Below are positions 1 to 11,897 of a stretch of 64,000 bases of DNA, in pieces. A program made the position numbers and the translations under genes. The DNA is from Oopsacas minuta. Lineage: Eukaryota > Animalia > Porifera. Where the stretch lies: contig JAKMXF010000210.1 in assembly GCA_024704765.1 (NCBI GenBank), forward strand, positions 592,121-656,120, in the 5' to 3' direction. Under the pieces are notes generated by a model. It saw nothing but the letters and a program-made list of their open reading frames with translations, was not told the DNA's origin and made no database searches. How positions within the stretch are numbered: the first letter of the stretch is position 1; every line of letters begins with the position of its first letter.

Positions 1-49
1 AGTTGCATCCGCACCCGCCCTAGAACCAGATGAACCATCACCTGAAGTA

Positions 50-1444
50 ATGTTCATGTCTGCTAAACAGGATCATGACCCAATTGTCGAGCTAAATGGT
101 CCTGGAAGTTCTGAGGATGAATTGAAGTCTTTCAGTTTTGAGGGACAGCCTGCTCAGCTGCCTGTCAGTGAGTTGCGAGAAGTTTCTATTGATATTGAGA
201 AGGAAAAGAAGACTTCAGCTAATAGAGATAGCGGGGATTATAACTTCCAGACATTAGCTGCTGGCCTGTCGGTAGAACCAGAAGAAATTAAGGGAGATTA
301 CGATATCACTATTACGGTTAGTGATCCTGATAAAGTAGGAGATGGAATGGGGGCTTTCATGGTATATCAGATTACCTGTACTACTAGCATACCTACATTC
401 AAAGCTGCTGAATGTACGGTGAGACGGCGATTCAGTGATTTTCTGAAACTACATGCTGAGCTCTGTGAAAAACACGAATGCAAGGGAAGGATTGTTCCTC
501 CAGCTCCCGAGAAGTCTATGCAGAATCTCACCAAGGTTAAAATGTCCAAGGCAGAGAACACTGGTTCCTCTGAATTTATTGAAAAGAGGAGGGCTGCTCT
601 TTCGAGGTATCTCAACAGAATCGCTAAGCATCCGATCCTAGTGCAAGATCCCATTTTCCGTCAGTTCCTTGAAAATCCTGGAGATCTCCCTTATGCTAAA
701 GATATGTCGTACATGAGTGGAGCTGGTATCATGCGAGCTATGAAGAATGTAGGTGCTCAGCTGTCTAAAATGACAACAAAGATGACAGAAACAGACATGT
801 GGTTTGAGATGAAACTAACTCAGATCGAAGCACTTGATTCTCACTTGAGGAAGCTGCTAACCTCTGTTGAGATTATGGTTAATGAGAGACGGATTTTGTG
901 CAATGCTGGAGGTAGTTTAGCATCTAATTTGGCTTTGTTGAGTCAGACAGAGGACAATAACGCAGTAGCAGGAGCTATTTCTCATCTCTCTGACCTGGAA
1001 GGCAAAGTTCATGATTTGAATGAGAAACAATGGCACTGTGATTACTTCTTATTGGGGGAGATGGCAAGAGATTATATCGCGATTATTGCCAGCATCAAGA
1101 GTTGTTTTGATCTCCGAGTTAAGATATACCAGACCTGGCAAATGTCTCAGAACACACTTGTGAAAAAGCGCGAACAGGAGGTTAAGTTACAATCTCAGGG
1201 TAAACATGATAAAGTTCCCCAAGTACAAGCTGAAATCGGTGTCTTGGAGCAACGGGTTCAAGAGGGACAGGACAGCTTTGATGCCATCTCTAAAAACTTC
1301 CGAACTGAAGTTGAGCGATTTGAAAAGAACCGAGCTATTGAATTTAAACAAACAATCTTGAAGTATTTGAGAGAAATGCTAGAGCATCAGGAGAAGATGT
1401 TAAGTTGCTGGCAAGAGTTCCTTCCTGAAGCTCAGAACATCTGA
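50..1444 (+). CDS. Sorting nexin, SNX1/SNX2-like (PX domain plus C-terminal BAR domain)
   Basis: ATG at 50. The PX motif (…RRFSDFLKLHAELCEKH…, RRAALSRYLNRIAKHP) is followed by a long coiled/BAR region. The frame stays open back to base 2 of the window, so the 5' end may be truncated. Confidence 0.8.
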   Translation: MFMSAKQDHDPIVELNGPGSSEDELKSFSFEGQPAQLPVSELREVSIDIEKEKKTSANRDSGDYNFQTLAAGLSVEPEEIKGDYDITITVSDPDKVGDGMGAFMVYQITCTTSIPTFKAAECTVRRRFSDFLKLHAELCEKHECKGRIVPPAPEKSMQNLTKVKMSKAENTGSSEFIEKRRAALSRYLNRIAKHPILVQDPIFRQFLENPGDLPYAKDMSYMSGAGIMRAMKNVGAQLSKMTTKMTETDMWFEMKLTQIEALDSHLRKLLTSVEIMVNERRILCNAGGSLASNLALLSQTEDNNAVAGAISHLSDLEGKVHDLNEKQWHCDYFLLGEMARDYIAIIASIKSCFDLRVKIYQTWQMSQNTLVKKREQEVKLQSQGKHDKVPQVQAEIGVLEQRVQEGQDSFDAISKNFRTEVERFEKNRAIEFKQTILKYLREMLEHQEKMLSCWQEFLPEAQNI

Positions 1445-2123
1445 ACCTTCTTGTATATTTTTGGTAAATATTTATATTTAGATAGGGCTTGAATGAAATG
1501 GTAGATTAGTTTAATTCATGTCATGTCAGATTACGTTACATAACAATACATCCTGAATGTTGGATGTATTCTTATTATTGAGGTAATTGTTTATTATAAT
1601 TTCTTATAATCTATATTTGGCGTTTATTTGGGGATATTTATTCTCGCTATTGATTTTTGGTGTAAGTTATTGCGATAACGTTGGCTTTGCTTCTTTAATT
1701 AATTGCCATGCAAAATCACTGAAAGAAGTTTGCATTATGTAGGAAATGTCAGATCGCTATCTGTAATTTGATCATAAAGTGAATTAACGATTAAGAAATC
1801 CATCTTATCTCTGTGATTAATCTGGTATATTACTTGCTTAGTTCTTTCAATTATACACTCATCCCATATCCAAAGAGCTATTATATCAATTGCAAGCTTG
1901 CAATTAATCTACAGAATGACTAGCTAAATTTGCTGATATTTACTATTTACCCAATTATTGGTGACAATAATCCTAATTATAATTTGGTTATTACTTCATT
2001 TAATTAACTTTAATCATTCGCATTGCTTGATATGTTCAATTATCAACAACAATAGTCTAAATTTATTATTAGCAAATGCTTAAAAATTTGTGAATTATGA
2101 TATTCACCTATCCTTTTCCGCCT

Positions 2124-2495
2124 TTACTTTGAACTCATCGCTACCAATTGTTTCAAACCTTCGACTGATTTGTATAGTGTCTCTTTCGCCACTGCAGTTG
2201 CCATTATTTCGCTTTTGAGTTCATCGTTTAATTTATTGAGAGCCTGTATCTTCTTTTCTTGCTCACGACGCTCATAATCGCTCAGATAATCATCATCGCT
2301 GTCATAATCACTCACGAAATCTTCATCGTCCTCGAAATCTGAGCATGAATCGCTGAACGAAATCATATCGCTATACATCGCTAAATCAAATTTATTAAAA
2401 TCAATTATGACATTACTATCCTCATTTACTGTTTGTGTACTGTTTGACATTTTTTCTCTCGTTTGGTTTTGTGTAAGTTGATTAAGTCTTTTCAA
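2124..2495 (-). CDS. Hypothetical small acidic coiled-coil protein (123 aa)
   Basis: Isolated ORF in an intergenic region. It has a D/E/S-rich acidic stretch and a C-terminal heptad-like segment; no recognisable family. Confidence 0.3.
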   Translation of the reverse strand: MKRLNQLTQNQTREKMSNSTQTVNEDSNVIIDFNKFDLAMYSDMISFSDSCSDFEDDEDFVSDYDSDDDYLSDYERREQEKKIQALNKLNDELKSEIMATAVAKETLYKSVEGLKQLVAMSSK

Positions 2496-3449
2496 AGATG
2501 TTGGTTGTCGTTGGTTAAATCACTGCTGCCACAGAGCTGTATTTATACTTCAGTAAGCTAGCGATATCCCAATTCTGCATTAGGTAACCCCAATGTATAT
2601 ACTAAAACAATGTGTGATGACTTTATCCAGTCTTGCGTTGCCTTACAATAGATTCTTTCATTCTTTTCACTATTGAAACTCAGATTCTATTCTTATCCCT
2701 GGGCTTTAAGAAACTCAATAAGCTACGGATTTTGATTCTCCTTTAATTGAAGATTACTTGCTCTATAGTATTTGTATGGTGTTTGTAGTTCATCTGATTA
2801 GATATCAGATTGTTGCTAGCTATTCGTGCTCATAATTCGAGCAGTATGCAATCTAATGTCGAATAATTAATCGTTGAATTTTCATGAGTTGAGCATCAAT
2901 AAGCCCTGATCATTTCCCAATACAAATAACTAATAACTAATCTTTCCTATTTATGAATATCAACCATCTTTATAATTACAGCTAATGTGCTGTAGCAAAC
3001 AATTAATGTGCTACGTAACTGTACCTTCACTAATATGTTATTATACTTTCTAAGTGATAGTTAGGGATCTTGCGCTTGCCTTACAAAGCATAAATTTTAT
3101 GATCTTTGCAACTATCACCATGATATGAGCTATAATTTCATCCAAATAACTGATTACTGCTTTCTATTGAAAATAGATATTATTTACTTCTAGCCATCTG
3201 CTAAAGAGGTTATCAATTCTTGACGCATTAACTCAGTATTGTTCATCGAAGCATTTTAATATTGTCCTAGTTTGCCTATAAGATGCTTAATGGCCACAAC
3301 TGAGGTATTTTGAACGATTAAATGCAGATAAATTCAGCGTGAAAATAATATTAATGCAAATCGCTATTATGTAATTACTAAATGTTTTCAAACATAAACA
3401 GCTTTAATATCATCTTATTTATGAGGTATAATTCAGCCAATTTATAATC

Positions 3450-4361
3450 ATGGCCTCCAACAGTATTGAAGTCAATTTACAATCTCAACTTGATGAAATT
3501 GAAGTTATTGAATCAATGTTTAGTGGAGAAGGTGAAGCGATTATAATCACAAATACAACTCCCTTCACTGAGGCTAAACATTATCTAAATGGACATATCC
3601 AACATTTTGATTCTATTCTATCGTTCACAGTGAAACTTTGTGTAACATTACTACATCCACCTGATGAAATTAGGACTGGGATTAAATTGCATTGTAGCTT
3701 TCCTAGAGGTTATCCTATCTCTGCTAGTCCCAGAGTACGAGTTATCTGCGATGGAATCTCCAATAGTTCCCATATTAATTTTGATAATAAGCTATCTGAA
3801 CACATTAATAGTATACCTGTGGGTGAACAATGTTCTGTATTAGATGTAATAGAATGGATACAAGAAAATATAAATAAATATATTCAAATTAATTCTCAAC
3901 CTTCAAAACCCACGAATTCAATGACTAATTCAACCAACAATGACAGTTTGACATTATCCCGTATTTGGATATATTCTCACCACATATACAGTATTATTAA
4001 ACGAAAGAATATTCTGAACTGGGCGGAAGAGCTTAAGCTGACCGGATTCTCTCTTCCTGGAAAACCTGGCATTATTCATGCTGAAGGAAATACTAGCTGT
4101 GTGGATGAGTTTTATTCAAGGTTGAAAGCTCTCAATTGGAAACGTTTATCTTGCAAACTGAAAGAAGACCTTGGAATAGTTACTTCTAGTGTTGAGAAGA
4201 AATTTTCAGATTTTCAAGAGATCAGCTTTGATCCTCACGGGAGTAGGGATTATCATATGGATCTTGGTAAGTTCTTTCAGTTTCTTAAGGACCACGGATT
4301 AGAAGATAAATTCCAAATACTCTTCGGAGTCAAAGGCACAGCTTCCAAAGTATATTCGTAA
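3450..4361 (+). CDS. RWDD2: RWD domain-containing protein 2 (RWDD2-like)
   Basis: ATG at 3450, single exon, 303 aa. N-terminal RWD-like region. Strong similarity to the remembered RWDD2 core (RIWIYSHHIY…LTGFSLPGKPGIIHAEG…YHMDLGKFFQFLK). Confidence 0.8.
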   Translation: MASNSIEVNLQSQLDEIEVIESMFSGEGEAIIITNTTPFTEAKHYLNGHIQHFDSILSFTVKLCVTLLHPPDEIRTGIKLHCSFPRGYPISASPRVRVICDGISNSSHINFDNKLSEHINSIPVGEQCSVLDVIEWIQENINKYIQINSQPSKPTNSMTNSTNNDSLTLSRIWIYSHHIYSIIKRKNILNWAEELKLTGFSLPGKPGIIHAEGNTSCVDEFYSRLKALNWKRLSCKLKEDLGIVTSSVEKKFSDFQEISFDPHGSRDYHMDLGKFFQFLKDHGLEDKFQILFGVKGTASKVYS

Positions 4362-5112
4362 TATATTTTATCTTACACTAATAATCTCTCTATTGTGTAC
4401 GAAGTATTACAATATTGTCAGGTATTAGAAATAACTTATACTACATCCTCTTGCGTAACAGATTGCTTTATCTGTTAATTTTCATTTGCAACTTTGTTGC
4501 TAAGTTTATGAAGGATCATTAGCATTTGATTCTAATTTTATAGACTTTACAACACACAATTAATCTATAATTTTGTATTTCATTTCTCCGAATTGTATCC
4601 TTATTTAATTCATATTGATTGTTCGTTTTGTGCCTAGAATTTGCGTGAGGTTATGTAGCTGAAAAGTATTTAAGTATTTCAATAGCCTCACTGGAATCAT
4701 GTCCCAGATCTTCTTGCCTAATGTCGACACTATATGGAAGTATACAGAGCTTTTTGATAAATGAAATTGTATTTTCACATATAGTGAAATATTATCCATT
4801 ATTCTTGGTTTTAAGCTAATAGTCTGTTGCAAACAGTTTGAACTTTTAAGAAGGCATTTCTATCAATTCTTGGACTATTTAGAGCCTTCTTACTTTGTAT
4901 TCTATTAATGCTTATCTTTAACTGAATTAAAACTTAAAGAACACATAATTACTTAGACTAGTTGTAATTGCAAAGTAGACTTTTACACTAGTCTGAGATA
5001 TCTGAGCACTTTGAATACATTTTGGTTACATAAGTAGATTCATGTGTCAGTTATATTATAACTTACCAAACTAGCATATCATATATTCTTTGTGATACAA
5101 TTGTGAGTTAGA

Positions 5113-6945
5113 ATGGCCAGCAAAAAAACAGACTTCTCTAGTTATGTTGCAATGACACATGAAGCTCTAGTGTCCGAGATTCCAAAACTCGACCGCATGA
5201 GTCAAGCGGAGAGACTCAAACACAATCGTAGACGTAGGGAGAAGCAGATCAAGAAATGGAAGGAGGTGGAAGAGAGGGAGTTCAAAAAGCATTTGGGGCG
5301 TGGCGCAGGAAAGAAAGGTTCCGCAACTCAGCTGATAAAGAACACTGACTCGACTAAGAAACAACAAGTAGACTTTATTAGTCAGTCAAAACTATTTGAC
5401 TTTGTTTCAAAAAGGACGATAAGAGATATGAAAGCATTCTTAGACAAATCTAGCGAAGAGGATCAGGTCTCTCTAATCGGTTCAATAAATCATCACGGCA
5501 TGACTGCTCTACACAAGTGTGTTGCAGAAGGTGCTACTAAAATCGCAGAGGAGCTGATCTCACGAGGTGCTGACGTCAACATCGGGGACAAGGACCAATG
5601 GACACCACTACACGCAGCAGCATTCATCGGAGACCTAGACATGGTGGATTTATTCGTGGCTAGCAATGCTAACCTCATGAAATTGAACCTTGATCTTCAG
5701 ACCTGTCTAGATCTAACGGAAGCTAAAGATGTGAAGGAATTTCTAAAAGAGCAATTCGCCAGAGAGAATATAACAGAGGAAATGTTGAAAGAACTCAAAG
5801 ATGCTCCCTCAGCTGCCATGCTATCTGAGGCTGATAGTCTGTCTGTGGAAGAACTGAACAAGGGAAAGTATGATAACGGAGCTACTCTCCTGCATATAGC
5901 AGCTTCTAACGGATTTAATGAGGTAGTAGATACACTACTAAAGAAGGGAATAGATCTGGAGGTGAAGGACGAAGATGGATGGACTGCTCTACATGCAGCT
6001 GTCTACTGGGGACAGGAGAGTACCATAGCCAAGTTATTGTTAGGAGAAGCTTCATTCAATGCTGAGACTAATGCTGGTGAAGATGTACTAGCTCTTGCGC
6101 CTAATAACAACCTCAAGGAGAGGATTGAGTCTATGTTCACTGACTACAGTAAGGAGAAAGCTAAGCAGTTCTTCGAATCTATCGACTCGTTAGGGCCTCG
6201 CGCACGGGACGCGAGAAGCAGTAGCATAATGGCTAAACAGATGATGAAATCCCCTGAAAAACGCACTGAGGATCAGGTAACAAATGCAATGATCATGGGT
6301 ACCAATCTGGGACTGATTGATGAGGATGATGACACGTTCAATCTCTACTTCAATTCGAGTGTTGATATTTCTGATCCTTACCTCCGTACGGTGTATGGAG
6401 ATAACTACGATGAGCCAAAGAGGATGTCTCTATCTAGTGACTCTATGACTAGTTCTGTATACTCACTCAAACAATCTTCTAGAGAATGTATTTTTGCGTC
6501 TAAGACCCCGTCAACTCCATTAGATGATGATGAAGTAGGGTTTGGAGTAGCAGTAGCAGGTACATTAGGATCTATATTGGAGCGTGCTACTGAAAAGACA
6601 GCTTCTTCTAACCTTAATTCTACTATTACGACACAAGATGCTACCATAAAGGATTTAGTTCCAGAACCTGAGGATCTTACTCCGACTGATGACCCTGAAA
6701 AGGAACCTACAGCTGCAGAAAAGTTTGCTACTCAGCACACTTCCGATGAATTAACTACAAAAACACAGTCTCTGGATATTCCGCGGGAACAGACTGAACA
6801 ACAGAGAAGTATGAGTGACATTCCGGTGCCGAAACGCGGCAAGGCCCAGACTTCCTTGGTGCCGAGATCAAAGGAGGGAGCGAGAAATAAACAGACAAAA
6901 AGAGGACTTAAGAGCAAAAGTAAGGTTGAATGTACTATTTTCTAA
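5113..6945 (+). CDS. PPP1R16: Protein phosphatase 1 regulatory subunit 16 (MYPT3/TIMAP-like), ankyrin repeats, C-terminal CaaX
   Basis: The N-terminus (MSQAERLKHNRRRREKQIKKW) resembles the PPP1R16A start. There are multiple ankyrin repeats (WTPLHAAA, GWTALHAA). The protein ends ...ECTIF, a CaaX-like prenylation box as in PPP1R16A. Confidence 0.8.
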   Translation: MASKKTDFSSYVAMTHEALVSEIPKLDRMSQAERLKHNRRRREKQIKKWKEVEEREFKKHLGRGAGKKGSATQLIKNTDSTKKQQVDFISQSKLFDFVSKRTIRDMKAFLDKSSEEDQVSLIGSINHHGMTALHKCVAEGATKIAEELISRGADVNIGDKDQWTPLHAAAFIGDLDMVDLFVASNANLMKLNLDLQTCLDLTEAKDVKEFLKEQFARENITEEMLKELKDAPSAAMLSEADSLSVEELNKGKYDNGATLLHIAASNGFNEVVDTLLKKGIDLEVKDEDGWTALHAAVYWGQESTIAKLLLGEASFNAETNAGEDVLALAPNNNLKERIESMFTDYSKEKAKQFFESIDSLGPRARDARSSSIMAKQMMKSPEKRTEDQVTNAMIMGTNLGLIDEDDDTFNLYFNSSVDISDPYLRTVYGDNYDEPKRMSLSSDSMTSSVYSLKQSSRECIFASKTPSTPLDDDEVGFGVAVAGTLGSILERATEKTASSNLNSTITTQDATIKDLVPEPEDLTPTDDPEKEPTAAEKFATQHTSDELTTKTQSLDIPREQTEQQRSMSDIPVPKRGKAQTSLVPRSKEGARNKQTKRGLKSKSKVECTIF

Positions 6946-7220
6946 ATATAGTACTTTTTATTCATAAAGAATTTTAGCAGATACTTTTTCACATTTGTAA
7001 ATTTGTTCCCTCTGCTACCAGGACATTGCTATTCTATATTATTTCCTCTTTGTTCTGCTGTATATATATAATAGGTGTGTTAAGATATGTATATATTTGA
7101 GTTATAGATTACAATCAGTAGACATAATTATTTTCTACTCGGAAAGGTGGCACAAACCTTGCCTTGGCCTTGGGAGAGGTACGTATCCAACACTAGGAAC
7201 ATTTTGTTACTACAGTGTAT

Positions 7221-7272
7221 CCTGGTTATAAGGACCTCCTTGGGAGTTGCAATACATGTCCTTATAACCGGC
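7221..7272. repeat. Inverted repeat cctggttataaggac / gtccttataaccgg (about 14 bp arms, 23-bp spacer); a third partial copy ttataaccggcgtcc sits at 7352-7366
   Basis: Read directly. The region also yields overlapping short ORFs on both strands, which is typical of palindromic non-coding sequence. Confidence 0.7.
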
Positions 7273-8601
7273 ATAAAGTATACAGGAATATATGAAAACC
7301 GTTTCCAGAGGATGGTACTTGAATCCGGCGTGTTCTTATATTCTGTTTTATTATAACCGGCGTCCACTGTAATGTACAAAATATTAATTTGTCATTAAAC
7401 GTGGTAAGAGTGTGTGTACTATATTTTAAACTAAAAAAATAACAAAACATTGGGCCTCGAAACCGTCTCAACATTATAGATCGCGGTGATCTCAGATTGT
7501 TGTTGACAAAATTCAACCAAACATAGAGAAGTTAGAAAGCACGCATCAGCGACATATATCCCAATGATTTCTGAATTCATTCTTGTTGAATCTTGTTACA
7601 AATGCATTTTGTCGTAGCTACAGAAATACGGAATGTTATCTGTTCATTATTCAGGTACTATTCTTCTTGAATTCCAGAAATTGGAGATATTATTTGATTA
7701 TATTTAGTAGATTATAAAGTTGCTTTTCGAAGATAACATTTATCCATCTCTGTCTAGATCTACTCAAATACACGTATTTAATATTTTAGAGTCGCGTAGT
7801 AGTTAGTTACTTGACGAAGAAAATAGTTGTGTTTCAATAATGAATATATCTTGGGCTGGGGGCCGTGAAACACATGATTCACTCAAAAGGGGACGATCAA
7901 CAAAAGGTTTGAGAAACACTGTATTATTGTATACTTAATACAGAACTGGTGAATATTACGCCAACGACTAATAACTGAGAAACTGAACATAATTCCTGTC
8001 TAAACATATAATTCTGATAATATCTATTCTAATTAACATATTGCAAGTGATGGAATCTATCATCAAGCAAGGTGTCAGAAGTACCATCGACTATCCATAG
8101 TTTAATTTTCCACCTTTCTAAGTGAGGTAAATGATCCCGTCATCATTTAATTACTATATACTTGTATAAACTGCGATATGGATATAATACAATTCACATT
8201 TCATTTCTATTGGAACCACCGTTTAACGACTGCTTTCATTATACACTTCCAAGGTGAGAAATTATTATCATCTCTGTATGTTATTTTTATGTAATGTTAT
8301 ATCATAATATCTTTATCTTCATGTGACACCCTTTACCAGAATTATCACATCTCCCTTCTTTCCAAAATATATCGATGTAATTAAATTCACCCCTAATTAA
8401 TTATTCCTAACCATTTAATATAATTACTGCTCAGCTCAGTCTCCCTTAGAGTGGTTTCGCTGCATATTTTAACATGTAGCAGTTGTTATGCAACACCTGA
8501 TGTATAACTTTCACAGAATACATAAATTGCCGAACTCTCTCTAATTAATTTTTTGTATTAAGTCGCGCTGGGATTATAATTTTCAATTTTTTTTATGCAT
8601 A

Positions 8602-8651
8602 AAGTTGTGTTTCATGGGATTATTATCTCAAAATCCCATGAAACACAACTT
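8602..8651. repeat. Perfect 20-bp inverted repeat (aagttgtgtttcatgggatt / aatcccatgaaacacaactt) with a 10-nt spacer; hairpin-forming element
   Basis: Read directly from the sequence. The arms extend imperfectly to about 26 bp (tgcataaagttg… / …caacttaatgca). Located in the 5.5-kb gene-free region. Confidence 0.9.
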
Positions 8652-11600
8652 AATGCAGGACTGGGTTATTGAATTTGTGGTCATTTATAAAAGGAAATTT
8701 TTGGTAATATACTAGCTCGTTCATAAGTTGGAGAATTATAGATTAGATTGGAATTTACTTGTAGCGAATAACAATCAAATATACGTAATTATGGTTTAAT
8801 TGGTGTTAACTAATTAGAGTGACAGTCCCAATTTCCAAGTTCAAAGACTAGATTTGACTAACGTTAACATCATTCTTCCTGTCATAAACCAATTATAAAT
8901 TAATTTGATTGATATATTCGCACTATTCACCAAATATGTATGTTGCTCAATGCTATCCTCTATAATATTATTAAGTAATTAAAAATTAATTATTCATTGC
9001 TGTAACAAGTCATCCCCCCTAATTAAATACGAATATATTTTGAGGCTGTAATACCAATTTGTAATAAGACAGTTGTATTAGTTAATTACAATGGAGCCTC
9101 TAACCTCTATTATCATCATTATTTACTTTTCCAATCTGCTACGTGTTAGGTACCGCTAGTCCTGCCCGCGGTTACTGAAATTTCATTTATAAAATTATTT
9201 TACTAATTGTGCCTTCATCAAACGGTACATCTGTTGGGAAGTCAGTACCCATCACTTTTGTTATCATAGCTCTACCCGAGACCAATATAATTCAGCTTTT
9301 AGTTGAGCAATTAATCAACAATTAATTAACTCAGTGTCTCGGGTCAATTCACTACATTATGCAGCTTATTTCAATACTCCATCACATTCCTAGCTGGATT
9401 TATTCTTAATTAATTAATTGAGCTACTCTACGAAATTGTAATTGTAATGTTAGTCAATTAATAGATTAGTGTGGAATCGTATCTCTCCTAGTTGTGTCTG
9501 TGTGATTAACCCGGCAATTGCCTTATTTGCTTGGATTATACTCTAAATTAATTAATTACTATTCGAGAACAATTAATCAGCCTGTACCAGGTTGAGTAAT
9601 TCGTTACAATATCAGATATTCTTGTTGCTAGATCCATAATTATATTTACCATATGGAGACAACCATCTGTGTTTAACGATTATGAGGCGATTTGTTATAC
9701 GAGAAAATATTCCTTCATTTTAGAATCTGAAAACTAGACAACGATATATACACTTTAATGAATTAATGTACATCTATATATTATTTATGGTCATTTCTTA
9801 TCTAATTAGAAGTAAGGTTTCCCTTATTTGAGATATAGTTATGCAGCATAATTGTTTACATATACTTATGAATATTTATACGACCAGTGTTTATATTGCC
9901 CCTTGGCCTAGTGGAGCTGAGAGATGAGTTAACGGTTGGATTATTCCACCTATTGCTGATCCAATAGTTGCTAATGATTCTATCTGCCACTTATCTAAAT
10001 TATGTTCCAACGGCTTAATTAATGACATTAATGTGGCAGTTCTGACTGCCTAATTGCCAGTAGTTTCGTTTTCGTATTTATTGTATTGTTATAGTCTCTT
10101 TAATTTCTCGATAGTTCAGTATCTACATGATGATTCCTCAAATTTATACATTATGCTCTCTTTTACTTCATATCTTCTTTCTATTATTAAATTGGCTGCA
10201 TTTTACAAAATATTTAATTAAATTCCCGCTCTTTGACAGTTTCATTTCAAACATTTTCGCAAGTTTGTTACCAGCTGTTATATTCGTTGTTTGCATAGGT
10301 CACGTATCCTCGACAAACTAATCCTACTAGGTTTATCCCGACGAGTATTTACAGGATTTTGAATTCATTCGATTTCGGTAAAAATTAACATCAATACTTA
10401 GTTATAATTGATAATAACAATCATACGTATTAGCTCTTTACCATCTAGTAAAGTTACTACTAATCCTTACAAAATACTTCTGTTCCATTTACTTACCGAT
10501 TTACAAATATTGCATACAATCACAACAAGATATGAATTGTTATCACTTATCAATACCAGCCGTATAATTATGTAATTATTTAGATAATTACTTTGTATGA
10601 AGCGTTGCCTTTTATTATACTCTGAGGTAAAAATTTATTACCTTTAATTATCTTTAAGAATATGCATTATTTCATACACAGACGCCATCTGGTATAAATC
10701 TATTTGTCTGCACTACCATAAGTACTGATATGATATATTTTATCGCGATTAATAAGTTAAAAAATCTTTTTAATTAATTGGTGCCATTTATATTATTTGA
10801 AGATTTTAATCTTTGATAAATTTTCCATAGAAATTTCGCGTATGTTAAAATTCGATTTTTGCATTGTATCAAGCCATTAGCCCTCGTTATTATTGACAAG
10901 CTCAGTTCCAAGTATAAATACTCTTACTTGAGCAATTAATTAGTACTTAAGCATTTCATAACTGGCCCGTCAATCATTGATATGCATAAAAATTCGACTC
11001 GCTAATTATCCTACTGCGCTGTTTAGGCAAATCATATATCTATTGATTGATTGATGATACTCGATACAGTCACGTCTTCGAATATCTACACACCTGACTC
11101 TACGCACCAATACACTACTCGAATTCTACCCGATAAAGAGGAGCGTACATCGATGATAGCTCTCATAAACTTTCTTCAGATTCACCATTTGGATGTAAGT
11201 GCAAATTACGATATTTATATTCAGTAATTCGTTTCCGTATTTAGCTAGAATATTTGATTTGTACATTGCTCCACCGATGTTTGTTACTTGATTTACTTGT
11301 CTTTTCGGGTTTTAAATTGAAAAAATATATTTTATGCTGTAAGTATATTTCCCAAATGTTACGCATAGTTAATTACGCTACTTGCATGAATAAAACTTAT
11401 AATAAATATTTAATTACTGAATTGGAGTTGTTAACTAAATAATTGTTCATCTTTTCTATATATTAGAAAATAATTATATAATCTCTTTTATTGTACTGGC
11501 TTTTGTTTGTGCATTTAACCTTATAGTTTATCAGCCCACTGGAACATTATTCATTCCTTCTCTGTAATAATTATATGACAGTCGATTATTCGGTCTTTTT

Positions 11601-11816
11601 CCTTCCCCGCGAATTATATACATGAAAATTGTCTCTGTCACTGAGACGGTTAATATACGCTAAGAATATGCCTTACTTAAGATCTCATTATAAGACTGTA
11701 TTACATTTGTGAATCAATTTGTACAAGACTATATTTACATAGTTTGTTTAGTAATACAAGTGGATAGTTACCGCCCTTGTATTAATGATAGGAAATTGTT
11801 ATCTATCTTTTTAGGA

Positions 11817-11897
11817 AACTCAAGCAGCCTTGCTTCAAGAACTCTGTCTTACTGAGAATTCTGAGGTTACATTGGATGAATTGCAACAGGCAATTAA
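11817..11897 (+). CDS. Candidate 81-nt internal exon (ETQAALLQELCLTENSEVTLDELQQAINK)
   Basis: Open frame bounded by the acceptor tttttag|GAA and the strong donor AAG|gtaagt. The DELQQAI segment weakly resembles the start of a POU-specific domain (DELEQFA). It may be an upstream exon of the homeobox gene at 12518, but the phase does not join the 12518 ORF directly. Confidence 0.2.

Noticed and set aside
367-654. Short ORFs nested inside or antisense to the sorting-nexin CDS (367-654, 449-631, 453-641)
   Set aside because: They lie fully within a well-supported longer CDS, in other frames or on the other strand. They have no independent features.
10127-10321. Small ORFs in the gene desert (10127-10321, 11254-11442) and elsewhere (4605-4832, 22066-22314)
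   Set aside because: They are AT-rich with Leu/Ile/Phe/Lys-biased translations typical of random AT-rich DNA. They have no domains and no splice context.
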